Positions 51,262 through 64,000 of a stretch of 64,000 nucleotides of DNA are shown here, piece by piece (the stretch's first letter is position 1; the number at the start of each line of letters is the position of its first letter). The notes below the pieces were generated by a model, which was given only the letters and a program-made list of their open reading frames with translations, did no database searches and was not told the origin of the DNA. The DNA comes from Massalongia carnosa (Eukaryota): assembly GCA_965645245.1 (NCBI GenBank), contig OZ287084.1:682001-746000 (forward strand). The letters run 5' to 3'. A program made the position numbers and the translations under genes.

Positions 51262-52145
51262 TTCCGATTCCACGATATGGAAGAATGGAAGGAGCTGGGC
51301 GAGCACCACGGATACCGTCCCTTGACACTCTTCTTCGAACCTAAGGCGTTGTTTGCAGCGTTCATTCCACCACGACTACCGGAGTCATGAGGTCCAAGTC
51401 GTGCCAGCAATCTGATGGGGCGTGGCCTGAACCGGTTCAGTATGTAAAATTCTTGGTAGGTACAGATTGTTCTTATTGACGACTCAATACCAGGGGGAGG
51501 GATGACGTGAATAAAGTGAATCACGAGAAAGGCAATCGGGGGGGATTGGTTAAGAGCAGCACAAACATGAAGTCTTTGTCAATATTCACACACACGCTCG
51601 CCCATCATCAACAATCCGCTTCCATCTTTTTTTTTCTTGATTTATTTTTTCTATTTCCAGCTAATTTCAAGGTCGATGGACGGTTTACGGAGTGTTACGA
51701 GAGCCGAAGACCCCTAACTTATTGATGACGCGCAAATTGAATGGTTTTTGGAGACGCTGAGGAATTCTTTAAATTCTTTTAAATTCTTAGTGCAGACCCC
51801 GGCGGGTGGAAATGCAACCAATAGCAGCTAGTTCTTTCATCCAAACAATAGGTTCTGCAACCTGCACCCTGCACCCTGACATCATCCATCATTCACGCTA
51901 GAGTAACTAACATAACAAACGAAAAATACTTATCAAAAATACCGAATACCGAAAACCCACGGTACTTGAATTTCCTCGATTGAAAGCCACTAGATCAGCT
52001 GATCGATCACGAGCTCAGGAAATTCACACCCAACGTTGAATGTAGTTATCCTCCCAATGAGGATGAGCGGGAATTGTCCATTCTTGACAAACAAGAAATG
52101 ATGTTAATATCTTGGCGGGCTCACCGGTCAACCCCAACCCCCAAC

Positions 52146-52180
52146 CCCCGATCCCCGATCCCCGATCCCCGATCCCCGAT
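52146..52180. repeat. Heptanucleotide tandem repeat (CCCCGAT)5 in the divergent CSC1/hexokinase promoter region
   Basis: Five perfect units, directly visible. Confidence 0.9.
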
Positions 52181-52808
52181 CCCCCGCCCCAGTCCGCTCG
52201 GAACTTGGCGGAAGACCCTCAAACCTCTTAAGAGAGATGGATTCCTCTCTTGTCAATTCGGACATCCAAAGTGCTGCCCCCGAGAATTGCAGCTTAGGTA
52301 TTCCCTCGGTCGAGAAACTTAAGGACACCCCGATTCATAACCAGGCGCAATTATGATATTCCCAGCTATGGCGAATTGACTTTTTCGAGACCGCTGGAGG
52401 TGGCCTTTTAGACCGTCCCCCATCGTATGTGTACCACGGGAGTTGGGCAAACCAGCGACAAGCGAAATAACTGTGCGATAAGCTGGAAGCTCTTTATAAA
52501 TACGGAGTACGGAGTATTGAGCTCAAGACTTCCATAATAGGAACGCGAAGAACAGGACGGAGTATATATTTGGCCTCCCCCTCCCGATCTCTCTCTGCCA
52601 CCCGCTCAATGAATTACGACTTGTAGCCCTGATTTTAGCAACTAAACACTCCGTCGATTGTATCTTCTCCAACTATTCATCGCTTTCCTTATTCGCCAAG
52701 AGAATCTCTCTACTCGTTTTCGGATCTCAACCGATTCAAATAGAATCGATATTGCATATCATCCGCTCCGCTCCTAAAACTTTTGAGATTACTGAAAAGA
52801 CAGTCAAG

Positions 52809-54563
52809 ATGCCTGGACTCGGTCCTCGACGACAACCGTCTCGGCGGGGTACGTTGGACTACCGCCAAGGATATGAGGTCTTTCATCTGACAGAGGTACT
52901 TCAGGGTCGATGGCCGATGTCCCCGAAGATCTTCTTGAGCAAATCAATGAGCTGGAGAGGTTGTTTAGAGTAGATCAACAAAAGCTGAAGGATATTACGG
53001 AACATTTCGTGAAGGAGCTTGCCAAGGGTATGTTGTATACCACTGCTACAACACGGATCAATTTTAACATTATGCAGGCCTCACGGTCAAAGGCGGTAGC
53101 ATTGTACGTTGCTGCATCCCCCAAGAGACTACGTTGGTTGTTGCTTTGAAAGTCTTCCAACATGTTGAGCATCTTGTCCAGTTCTTGACATGTTCTGGAT
53201 ATATTTTTTTTAAAAGAGTTTATCTTCGTTATCGAGTTTTCTAAAACCGTGGCTCTTCATATACTAACAACATCCGTAATAGCCCATGAACCCAACTTGG
53301 GTCATGGGGTATCCAGACGGTTACGAGACGGGAACCTTCTTAGCCCTGGACATGGGAGGCACGAATCTTCGCGTTTGCGAGATCATCCTGCCGGAAGAGA
53401 AGGGTGAATTTGAAATCATCCAGTCCAAGTACCGGATGCCCGAAGAGCTCAAGACGGGCACCGCGGAGGAGCTATGGGAGTATATTAGTGACTGCCTCCA
53501 GCAGTTCATCGAATATCACCACGAAATCGAAGATCTGGAAGCGCTCGAGAAGATTCCCCTTGGCTTTACGTTTTCTTTCCCGGCCACGCAAGACTACATC
53601 GACAATGGCGTCTTACAGCGGTGGACGAAAGGGTTTGATATTTCCGGGGTTGAAGGTCACGACGTCGCGCCAATGTTTGAGGCCGCGCTCACCAGGCGGA
53701 AACTTCCCATCAAACTCTGTGCTCTCATCAACGATACCACCGGCACTCTCATCGCCTCCGCGTACACGGACGACACCATGAAAATCGGGTGCATCTTCGG
53801 CACTGGCTGCAACGCAGCCTACATGGAAGACTGCGGCTCTGTCCCCAAGATCGCGCACCTGCACCTGCCGCCCGACATGCCCATCGCCATCAACTGCGAG
53901 TACGGCGCCTTCGATAACGAGCACGTCATTCTTCCCCGCACCCCTTATGATATCATCATCGACCAAGACTCCCCACGGCCCGGCCAACAAGCCTTTGAGA
54001 AAATGATTTCGGGCCTTTACCTCGGCGAACTCTTCCGCCTCGTCCTTGTCGACCTGCACGACCACAAAGCTTGCAGCATGTTCCCCAACCAGGACATCAA
54101 CCCCCTAAGGAAAGCCTACTCCCTCGACGCCTCCTTCCTCTCGCACATCGAATCAGACCCGTTTGAGAACCTCTCCGAAACGGCCGAGCTCCTGCACCGC
54201 GCCCTTGGCCTCGTGGCCACCAAGCCCGAGCTCGAGCTCTGCCGCCGACTCGCCGAGCTGATCGGCACCCGGGCCGCCCGCCTCTCCGCCTGCGGCGTCG
54301 CCGCCATTTGCAAGAAGAAAAACATCGCTTCTTGCCACGTCGGCGCCGACGGCAGCGTCTTCAACAAGTACCCGCACTTCAAGACGCGCGGCGCCCAGGC
54401 CCTGCGCGAGATTCTCGACTGGCCCGCCGGCGTGCGCGATCCGGTCGACATCCGCGCAGCCGAGGACGGGTCCGGGGTGGGCGCTGCGCTGATCGCCGCG
54501 CTGACCATCAAGCGAATCAAGGAGGGCAATCTGGCGGGCATCAAGAACAAAGAGGCCTTCTGA
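52809..54563 (+). CDS. hxkA: Hexokinase (HxkA/Hxk2 type)
   Basis: Exons 52809-52848, 52905-53027, 53078-53103, 53283-54563. N-terminus MPGLGPRRQPSRRGSMADVP; motifs LALDMGGTNLRV, LGFTFSFP, INDTTGTL, GTGCNAAY, EDGSGVGAALIAA. Confidence 0.95.
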
Positions 54564-55062
54564 AGGGAACGGGGTGTTTTAATCATATTTGTTTCTTTTT
54601 CAGGGAGCGATTCGGGGGCTTGTTTCGGTCCCCTTACCTTCGCCCCTAAAGTCCTAGAGATATTAATGTACTTTATAAAAGAAATCGTGGCTCTCTTTTC
54701 ACGATCTCCCAGCGTTGTTTTTTCTTCTTCTTCTTCCATATCATACATCTCCATGCCACCCCCCCTCCCCCGTGCCTTTTGCAGAAATACGAAAAGAAAA
54801 TTGAGTGGCTGGAACGGGAAATAATCGAGAGAGTGTTTAAAAATATTTTAAGATATCATTTGGGCATCCCTTTCAAGACCTTGCCAACCTCTCACGCCTA
54901 ACTCACAGACTCGCTCACTCTCAGCTAGCCCGCTAACTAGTTCCCCCCCCTTATGTTTTCCCCTCTGTTTCCCCCCCCCCGCGTTTTCCTTGATCTTAAG
55001 CACAGTATAGCGTAACATAGCACAGCACAGGACAGATGGGATGGGATAGGATGGGAGAGAAT

Positions 55063-55090
55063 TGCCTGCCTGCCTGCCTGCCTGCCTGCC
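55063..55090. repeat. Microsatellite (TGCC)7
   Basis: Directly visible in the hexokinase/UTP18 convergent gap. Confidence 0.9.
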
Positions 55091-55595
55091 CGCCCGTTTA
55101 CTTTAGTTAGTTACCTCCACTCTTTTTTTTTTTTGGTTGGTTGGTTGCTCGGATGTTATGTGGGTGGTGGTGGGTGTTTGGGGGAGAGACAGGAAGAGAG
55201 AGGGAGGGGGAGTGAGAGAAAGTATGTGAATGTTTTGCCGGGGAGGGGGGGGAGAAATCTTGCACGCGGAGGGAGAGATGGATTGATCAACTTAGAGAGG
55301 AAGATCGTGGAAAAGAAGCATTCTGTACGGCGCAAAAATACCTACTTCTTCAGAAAATAAGCCGAAGAAAAGGGAGGGAGGGAGGTAATCCTATCGGTTT
55401 CTGTCCACGGATTCCCGAACCCCCATCTTCTTCTTCATTCGTTGATGCGCTACCCAGCTAGCTAGGATGGGATATCAGCACCGCGTCTCCATCCTTGGAT
55501 TTTTTTCTTCAATTTTTCAACTCTCTCTATTCTTTCCTGCTAACTCCTTCTCTCGCCCCCCCGCCCTCCCAACCAACAATGAAAAGAACCACACA

Positions 55596-57688
55596 CTACC
55601 CCCTAACTTCCCACAATCTAATCTTCCCCTGCTCGTTGGCGACCGCCAGCATCGGCTGGACCCCAGGTGCGAACGCCACGGCCGTGATGCGCCCCAGCGG
55701 TGTTGATGCCGTGGGCCAGTTCTTGTAGACGGTGCATGAGGGGAGGTGGACTGGGTTTTTTTCTGGCGGGTTAGTGATTATGTCAAATAAAAGGCACATT
55801 TTGTGTTCCGTCGATTAGGCTTTCACTCCTCTTGGCTCACAACTGGGGAGAACGGGGGAGCGATAAAAAAAGGGAGCGATGGGGGGAGTGCAAGCGGAAA
55901 AGCAACAAGGAAAACTAGACGTTAGCCAAAACGCACCTAATCTTAGCGCATCGCGTTTCCATCGGCTTGCCATGGCTAATAATTGCCCGTCGGTAGAAAA
56001 CTTTAGATGACTCGTTGGCGTCGTGAGATGATCGAACGCGCGGGTAGGTTTCGGGGCGGGAGGCACCGTCTCGCCGGCGCTCCAACCTTTCCGGTCATAC
56101 ACATTGACAATACCACTCGAGCTCCCAACCGCCAGCCACCGATCACCTCCTAAACTTCTAGGTCCAGCTCCGCTACCTCCCAGCGCCATAACCGTCGTCC
56201 CCACGGCGCCTTCGTCCACCCAGCAAGCTACCACTCGCTTCTCCCGCCCATCCCACTCCACCGCCTCACCTCCCTTGCCCAATACCACCATGCCCTCGCC
56301 GTCCCCCCACCAGGCGAAGTCCGCCACGCCGCCGCGACCCTCAACCTGTACCTCCGCCACCCACTGGCACGTGCGCGCATTTAGCACAGTTACTAAGCCG
56401 CAACCCTTGCGCCCGGAACCTACGAGTCCCATCCATCGTCCGCAGGGCGAGAGTTTGAAGCGCTCCATGCTTCTTTGGTCGTTGCGGTGGCCGTACACGT
56501 GAGTGATTTTGTCGATTTTGCCTGATGAAAGGTCCCAGGTGTGGAAATAGCGACGGCGGCCGGAAAAGAAGATTTTAGAGCCATCAGGGGGCAGAAAGGC
56601 TGATGTGGAGATGGGCGTCGAGCGCACGTGAAGGGAGGTGAGAAGCGGGTTCGGGTTCGGGGGGTGTGGGGATATGTGGTGTAGGTAGAGTGTGGAGGCA
56701 GGCCCGGAGGAGAGAAGGAGTGAGTGCTTGGGATGGAACACTAAGGATGTTATCGAAGACTATGATGACAGAAATGTAAGTTGGATTCTTGAAGATCAAA
56801 TTATGGGGTGGGTTCTCACGGGTTGGGCCAGGCCGACGTCTTTAGTGCGCTGGATATCAATCACCTCTGGCCGAAGCTTCTTGCGACCTGATGACAAGGT
56901 TGGCGCAGCTCTGATGAAATCGGTGTTATTGTGTAGAAGCTTTGCAAGAGGTTGGGCGGAGAGATCGTCAGAGTCAAGGGACATTTCAGCTGCGGAGCCA
57001 TCTTCGCCCGAGCTTCTACTGACAATGGAAGCTCGTCTTCGTTTCTTCGCCTTCGCTGCTGCTGACGGATTTGCCCAGTCTGGTACAGGATGTAGCCGCT
57101 CAAACTGACGTCGTAGTCGCTTAGTATACTCCCGTCCATTGATGAAGTCTTCCGACTCGGCGATTCTCAATTTCCGTAAACGGGGATTTGATGCTAAAGA
57201 GACGACCATGCGCTCGTCGTCGCTATCTACCCAAGCCGCTACACCTCTCAAACCAGTTTGACCATCATTCTCATCCAGGCCATCTCTTCGTATTGTATTA
57301 GAATCAGGTGCCGCAGAGGGCCCAGAGTCAAGAAAGAACAGCTGAGATGGATTCAGCTCTCGTCTGGAAGATGCAACAGAAGAACTCAAGTACGCACGTC
57401 CGCATCATCAACACCTTCAATTCCTTCATCGTCCTGTTTTTCTTCGCCGTTGTCCGACTGGTCCTTTGATATTGCGTCCGATTTAAGTCCATGAGTGTCT
57501 CGTTCGTAAGCGCTTAAACTTTGATGGAAGCCAGCCTCATCGCCAAAGACAAGCTTCTCCAGCTCCAATTCAGTCTTGTCTTTCTCTGGAGAACCGTCAC
57601 TGTCGCTGCCATCATAAGTAAGATCAAGCTCTTCTGGCATTGGGGAAGGCAGAATTGGTTTAGACTGCTTCATTTTAACGCGAGACAT
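55596..57688 (-). CDS. UTP18: U3 snoRNP / SSU processome WD40 protein Utp18
   Basis: Exons 57688-57398, 57341-56820, 56759-55937, 55750-55596. Motifs ELELEKLVFGD, AAWVDSDDE, RLRKLR, SGRRRYFHTWDL, GSSSGIVNVYD, LRLVHLPSCTVYKNWPT. Confidence 0.92.
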
Positions 57689-59390
57689 GGGTTGATAGGA
57701 CTTCGTGATAACACCAGAGCGTACGGGTACTTCGAGGAGATTCTAAATCTAGTTCGATGTGACCTAAGTGTTGATGATCGAAGTCATGCTAAGTCCCACA
57801 AAGTACAAAAGTACCTACATACCATGATTTTCTGAAAATCGATTATTGATGGAAGCGTGCAAGCCCTGACATATTGCCCTAACCATGTTAGGATAAAAAG
57901 CTAGGTGTAGCAATCTTCTACGGGCCGAGCCGGGTATTTTTCTCCTTGAGCCCTGAACACTTGCATGATGCATGGGCAACCACCTGCTTTCCATGAATGG
58001 CTTCTATGATTATGGGTACTCTGTAGGTGTAGCGCATCGCAGCTGTGAATATGATGAAAACTAAAACGAAGACGAAAGACATGCACCCGTCTCTATTACG
58101 AGGTTACATCAAGAGTGCTCTGTACTAGTACCCGTACTCTCTATAGAGGTAATATGTACCAAGATAGAAAGCATTTCCAAATTCCAGCCCTTAACGCGCT
58201 CATGCATTACATTCCCGGAGATGCATCACAGCCTAAATGTTGTGAGGCAAGCCTCTCGGACTCTGTTATCGCCCTGACAGGTGTTCCCCATGGCCCCTGA
58301 ACATTGCTCATACCGGGGTGAATTCGAAGGCGGTCCTGCATATATGCCCAAGTGTGTTGCCAGAAAAAGGGCAACCAATGCTGAGATATAAAACAGACAA
58401 CAAGCTGTAGGCTCTTCCTATGAAGGCTTCCACCTTTGGAATTGATAGGTCGATGGCAATTTCGCTGCTAGGAGACTCTATTAAGACTGCTGGAGAGCCT
58501 GCCAAGTCCTCCCTCTCACCGCAAACGAGTCTTTAGGAAGACAAAGACTGTTAAGGGGTGTACAAATATTCAAGGGAATATGTGCTTTCTCTGTATAACT
58601 CTTATAGCAGCGGACATGTGAGATTAGAGTGTGTGATCTGACCGTTTAGGAAAATAGCGGCTGTTCCATGCTCGAATGACATGGTAGAATGTACACCTTA
58701 GCTCTATGCGTTCCTCATCATAATGGCTTGTGGCTGATACCCTGAATAAGAAGCTAGATTAGGGAGGAGGCAGGTGAAGAGACTTGAAGCCACGAAATAA
58801 GATTGTTCCAGCAACTCTGTTTTTGGCTAACCGAAGAGCAAATTCAACGCGGCTGGAATTAGTCGTGGTTATTGTTATCGGACGTCAACTCGATAAACTC
58901 TTCATTATCGTCAGGGATAACTATGCATACAGCAAGCCCAAGATCACCGTGAACAAACTCGATGATTCTTGCCTTCATATTAATACAGAGCTGATAGGCT
59001 GATGACCGACCCAACGGGGCATAGCAGAGGGAGAAGGATGCTCTCAAAAGACCTTGAAGATCTCCGTACGGTTTACAAAGATCCATGATTGAAAAATAAA
59101 AATAAGCTAGTCCAAACAAAATGCAGGTAAATTTTTAATGCCCCTATCTAATTACGACATGTGGTCGGTATTCTGGTACGTGTCCACCAAGATAAGGCCA
59201 GCGTCTAGTACAAAGCTCTATTTTGAAGGGTATCCTCATCTCCAACCAAACCCTTTAAACGCCATGTCGGCGCAGGCCCGGCCCAGCGTATTCAAAGGTG
59301 TTTTATAAATGCCGTAGTAACAAAGCCAGACAATATTGCCAGTCTCTGAGGATCATAACCCTGTTGTGAGTCCTTCAGGTCGACGAGCCT

Positions 59391-59627
59391 CTAAGAGCAT
59401 GTTGATACCGGCTCGTAGCGGGCGCGGGGCCATTCATGCATAGAGGAAGGGAAGCCAACGGGTGATGGTGGCGGTGGAGGTGGTTGGCGGGAAGGAGATT
59501 TTGATTCGGTCAACAACGAGTATTTTGGCCGAGGAGAGGCGAGCATGGCGTTTGAAAGGTCTTGACTGAGTGTGGTGGAGGTAGCCAAGGAGAGTCGACG
59601 GCGGTTTTCGGGGAGTAGGGAGGTCAT
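59391..59627 (-). CDS. Candidate 78-aa small protein
   Basis: ATG in ATC-ATG context after a pyrimidine-rich leader; RRLSL and PPPPPPSPVGFPSSMHEW motifs. It is the only coding-looking ORF in a 3.7-kb gap. Confidence 0.5.
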   Translation of the reverse strand: MTSLLPENRRRLSLATSTTLSQDLSNAMLASPRPKYSLLTESKSPSRQPPPPPPSPVGFPSSMHEWPRARYEPVSTCS

Positions 59628-61358
59628 GATGAGGCTTCCTCACGACGTGGATGGAAAGCCGGAGATAAGCTTGATGGGAGAAAGATCGATTTAGTGACTT
59701 TCAGGTCTGGTAGGAAGCTAGAAATCTTACAGCGTTTTTGAATTCGGAAGGTATGAATGTGGAATATGAAGTAGAGCGGAAGATCCGAAGGGTGTTCTTA
59801 TACTTTATTCTACACAGTATGATCAAAGGAAGGATGGAAGCCAAAAGATCTTGAGGAGCCGGGTCTTTGCTTTTAATAATGCAAAACGAGAGATTGCGGA
59901 TAGTGGGATGGGATAAACAAAATAAAGCCGGGGAAGGAAAGAGCCTTCCCCGTTCCCAGTCTTATATGCTCACCGCCAGAAGACCGAATAATAATAATAA
60001 CCATGATTTAATGACTAGGTACGGATAAATGTTGACAGGAATGATGCTTAAGCCCTTTGGAAGGAATGCCCTTCAGCCAGCGCATGTTATTTTGCAGGGA
60101 TAAGCAGCAACGTGGGTGGTTTTCCCTGGTCCCGAAACTAGGTAGGGGAGGGCGGTGGTGTGGTACGTAACTTAGTTACTATTTCGCTGAAGCCTGTGTT
60201 ACACCATCAAACGTGTAATCATAGGTACTCCCTCTAACTAGTGTCATGCCTTTGAATGTAAGTCCCGTGCGATATTTTATCTGACAGGCCAGTCTAAGCT
60301 TGTGTGTGCCTTTGAGGGGGCCCGCATCAAAGACGTAGGAGCAATCAAGGGCGAAAGGATTAGTTGAGAGGCGAAAGAAAATTTTTTTTGAAGCGGACTT
60401 CCACTGGAGTTAAAAAAGACTTGGTTGAGTTAACGGCAATGCAACCTGTACTCTGTAATTTGATACAAACCCGAGTACGGAGTACTATGTTATACCGGTA
60501 AACTTGACTAGGCTACAGATCCTATTTCCTAAAGAGGGTATTTAGTATTCTCAGTTTGCCTTTTTTAAATCCTTCGTTCGTTCTCTCATATGCCGACCTA
60601 GATGATTACCTGAATGATCGGATTTCGATTACGGAGTAGACAAAATAACTAAAGATTCGCTGGTCGAAGATTATTCTAGTCATTTTTAGTTTCCGTGGGG
60701 TTATGAGAGGCTTTTACTCAAAAAGACGCCTAAGCATTGCAGAAAATCGATCCAGGCTGTTCCCTTGCATTTTTCATGTACCCCAGACTCACTAACTAAC
60801 AGGGAAAAACTCGTGGCAGGCGATGGCTTGTCACGTTAGTCAGCTTGAATCCCCTGCCTTGGGCTTAGGCCCCAACGGAACAGGAAATTAACAATTAACC
60901 GTTTCTGAGACCTCATCCGAACGTTGCATTTTTGTTCAAGCACTCGTGGTCCAGGCGGGAGTATCTCGTGCATCGAGTTATTGGAGGGTTATGCTCTGTA
61001 GAATAGAGGCAGCCCTGCGGTAGATAACAAAATCTATTCTCTGCGATGAATGAAGAACAAGTAGCTACCCCCAGAATTTGTCATGGGGAGAATCGAGATG
61101 ATCTCAGTACCTGCATTAGTCGAAATACATAAAAGGCTATGGCAATTCCAGAATTCCTTGAAACGGTCTTCACTAGCCGAGTATGCGTGGGTTTTTTATG
61201 TGATAATGATTCCTCAACTTCAATATCGCTAATTTTTCTCACCGCCGCATACACACCGAAGATAATTTTCATTACTCTACGCAGGCGATTGTTTCCTTTT
61301 CCCGCAGCCTGTCTCGTCGACTGCCACCTTATCGTTTAAGATTACTGGTGCCGCCAAC

Positions 61359-63238
61359 ATGGAAAAGACAATTGGCATACTCGGTGGGGGCCAGCTCGGA
61401 CGAATGCTGACAGAGGCTGCCAATAGACTCAATATCAGCATTGTGACCTTAGATGCCCAGGCTTGTCCAGCGAAACAGATAAATGTCCACCCCAGGCATG
61501 TCAGTGGTTCATTCACAGACCCCAAGGCCATCCGGCGATTGGCGGCCCAATGTGACATTTTGACCATTGAGATTGAACACGTCGATACTCATGTACTGGA
61601 GGACCTATCGAGAGATAGAAAAAACACCACGCTCGAGGTACAACCGAGCTGGAGGACAATTCGGGTGATTCAAGACAAATATGATCAAAAAATACATCTA
61701 ATCCGGAACGGGGTTGCTGTCGCACATTCACGACCAATCGAAAACTCGACGGTTGAGGAAATTCAAGAGGTCGCCAAGGATTTAGGTTACCCACTCATGC
61801 TCAAGGCGAGAACGCAAGCATACGATGGGCAAGGAAATTACCCGATTAAGTCTGTATCTGAGATATCATCGGCCCTCGAGAAACTCAAAGACCGACCTTT
61901 ATACGCCGAGCAATGGGCGAATTTCACAAGAGAGCTGGCTGTCATGGTTGTCAAAACCCAAGATGATCCAGTGGAATCTACAGGTCAATGGCAGGACGCC
62001 ACTGTGGCGTATCCCGTTGTTGAAACCATTCATGAAGACAGCGTTTGTAAGGTGGTCTATGCACCGGCACGGGGTGTTTCAAAACTGGTAATGCAGGACG
62101 CGCAAAACCTTGCTAGGCTTGCCGTTGCGGGATTTTGGGGAAGAGGTGTTTTTGGTGTGGAGATGTTTTTGCTCAAAGATGGTGAGTTCTAGTTGGTATT
62201 TTCATGGTCGGTGAATATGCTCATGTCACAGGCAAATTGCTAATCAACGAGATCGCACCGCGGCCCCACAACTCGGGGCACTACACGATCGAAGCATGTC
62301 CTATATCTCAGTATGAGGCCCATATCAGAGCAATTCTTAGGTTGCCCATAACCGAGGAAAGCACGCAAATGAGGAGCCCCAACACTTTTGCCGTTATGCT
62401 TAATATCCTTGGCGGTGCTCAACCGCATACGCATTTGCGTGCTGCTCAAGAAGCGTTATCGACTAAAGGGGCCAGCATACACATGTATGGTAAAGGAGAT
62501 GCCCGACCTGGACGCAAGATGGGCCATGTCACTGTTATCGCAAACTCAATGGAGGAAGCTGAGAACCAAGCCAAACCATTGATAAAAGTCGCCGACCAGA
62601 TACGAGAGGAACGGAACACTTTAAAATCATTTTTAATCCCAAAAACAACCACGAGCGTTCCTCTGGTGGCGATTACTATGGGTTCTGACTCCGATCGATT
62701 TGTCCTTGCACCCGGCGTTGAGCTCCTGAAGGGGTTAGATATTCCTTACAGTATCACTATCACTTCGGCCCATCGAACGCCTGAAAGAATGTTCCATTTT
62801 GCCCAAGAAGCTGCATCACAGGGTGTCAAAGTAATCATCGCCGCTGCTGGTGGCGCAGCTCACCTGCCAGGGATGATAGCTGCAATCACAAGACTTCCGG
62901 TCATCGGGGTACCCGTAAAGGGTAGTGTTCTGGATGGCCTTGACAGTTTACTGAGCATAGCTCAGATGCCTGTACGTCAACATGTTTCATCACTCCTAAC
63001 ATGAGACTTTGTGCCATCAATCAGCACTGACATCCCACAGCGAGGATGCCCCGTGGCCACGGTAGCAATTAATAATTCCGTGAACGCGGCCCAGCTTGCG
63101 GTGCGCATATTAGCATTGGATGATGTCCCGATTCGAGAGCGGTTAGTTCAGCATCTGGCGGATCAAACGGCCTCGGTTATTGAGAAAGGTGAGAGGATGG
63201 AGCGTGTGGGCTTCGAAACGTATGGCTCGAAAGAATAG
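61359..63238 (+). CDS. ADE2: Phosphoribosylaminoimidazole carboxylase (PurK-PurE fusion)
   Basis: Exons 61359-62181, 62232-62971, 63041-63238. Motifs ILGGGQLGRM, TIEIEHV, INEIAPRPHNSGH, RPGRKMGH, MGSDSD, SAHRTP, AGGAAHLPGM. Confidence 0.96.
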
Positions 63239-64000
63239 AGAAAAAGGCTTAAGATCCGAGCGTGCAGAATACACCACGTAAACAGGCGCCTTCCCTTACC
63301 GCACCTAGATGTAGAATCTGGGGTAAAGGCCGACGATGGCAGGTTTCTCTTCTTTCTTTCCTTTTTATTTGGCGTGATGACCGAAGAACGCCTACGCCTC
63401 CCACGGCTGATTACATACCTCTAGCCCGCTGCAATGACGTCCTCATCGTCAGCGCGCTGGGTCCTCGAGAATGTTCTTCTTCTTGTGAAGATCTAGACCA
63501 ATCACAGATGGGGTATAGTGATAGAAGGGCAGCGTTCATCGTTTAAACGCAGGGGCATATTGATGTCGGTAAAGCGAGCTACTAGGTTCATGGCTGCACG
63601 AGAGGTACAAAGTATAGAGTACAGATACAAAAAGCATCATGCGCAAATTCAAGTTCTGTTTGAGGATCTCTCTGGTTTCATACGCAACGCTTCGATAGGA
63701 TCGGTAATTTTGTGTAATAGCCCTGGCTAGGCTTTCCCCATTGAGACTTCAGGCTTCGTTGGATAGATTGAAGGGGATCAGCTGTTGAGGAGTGTCAAAT
63801 ACTTGCGCCTTTGCCGTATAAATATACAAAAGCATCTGCGCCACTTTATGCAATGGAGCCGTTTCTTTTGCAGAAATTTGCCCTGAGGTCCCGAAGTAAA
63901 CGCCAACGTACTGTACTCTGCATTTTTGCCCTCTACTTCGAGTCTTTTTTCCAGTGGCGCCGGCGAGGCTCAAATCTTACGGTAAATTTTGAGAGTGCAT

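Noticed and set aside
57689..61358. Possible transposon relic or ncRNA in the long UTP18-ADE2 gap
   Set aside because: No terminal repeats, transposase/RT fragments, or tRNA/snoRNA structure recognisable by eye. An Rfam or RepeatMasker scan would be needed.
15260..63238. Malic enzyme, GAD, ammonium transporter, hexokinase and ADE2 as a metabolic gene cluster
   Set aside because: They are interleaved with unrelated housekeeping genes, share no single pathway and have no cluster regulator or backbone enzyme.

Overview
Gene-dense, intron-containing genomic DNA from a filamentous ascomycete (Pezizomycotina). This is inferred from short GT-AG introns with CTRAC branch points and a Woronin-body tether-like gene. 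In order: three orphan ORFs, an aldo-keto reductase, a disabled short-chain dehydrogenase, RNA15/CstF-64, prohibitin-2, a HAM1/BPI-like lipid-binding protein, a malic enzyme, a ~5,810-aa Leashin-like protein (17.5 kb, several internal repeat arrays), glutamate decarboxylase, a Cys/His-motif orphan, a small GPI-type wall protein, an ammonium transporter, a CSC1/OSCA channel, hexokinase, UTP18, a 78-aa small ORF and ADE2. No tRNA, rRNA, CRISPR or recognisable transposon was seen. Most notable: the layered repeat expansion in the Leashin-like tether; a malic enzyme with a C-terminal PTS1 (SHL) plus a possible presequence, next to that tether gene; a clearly lesioned SDR pseudogene; an enriched intergenic 9-mer TAC(A/G)GAGTA; and a PacC+GATA cluster with a 7-ATG repeat ORF upstream of the ammonium transporter. 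All family calls come from motif recognition; no database search was run.
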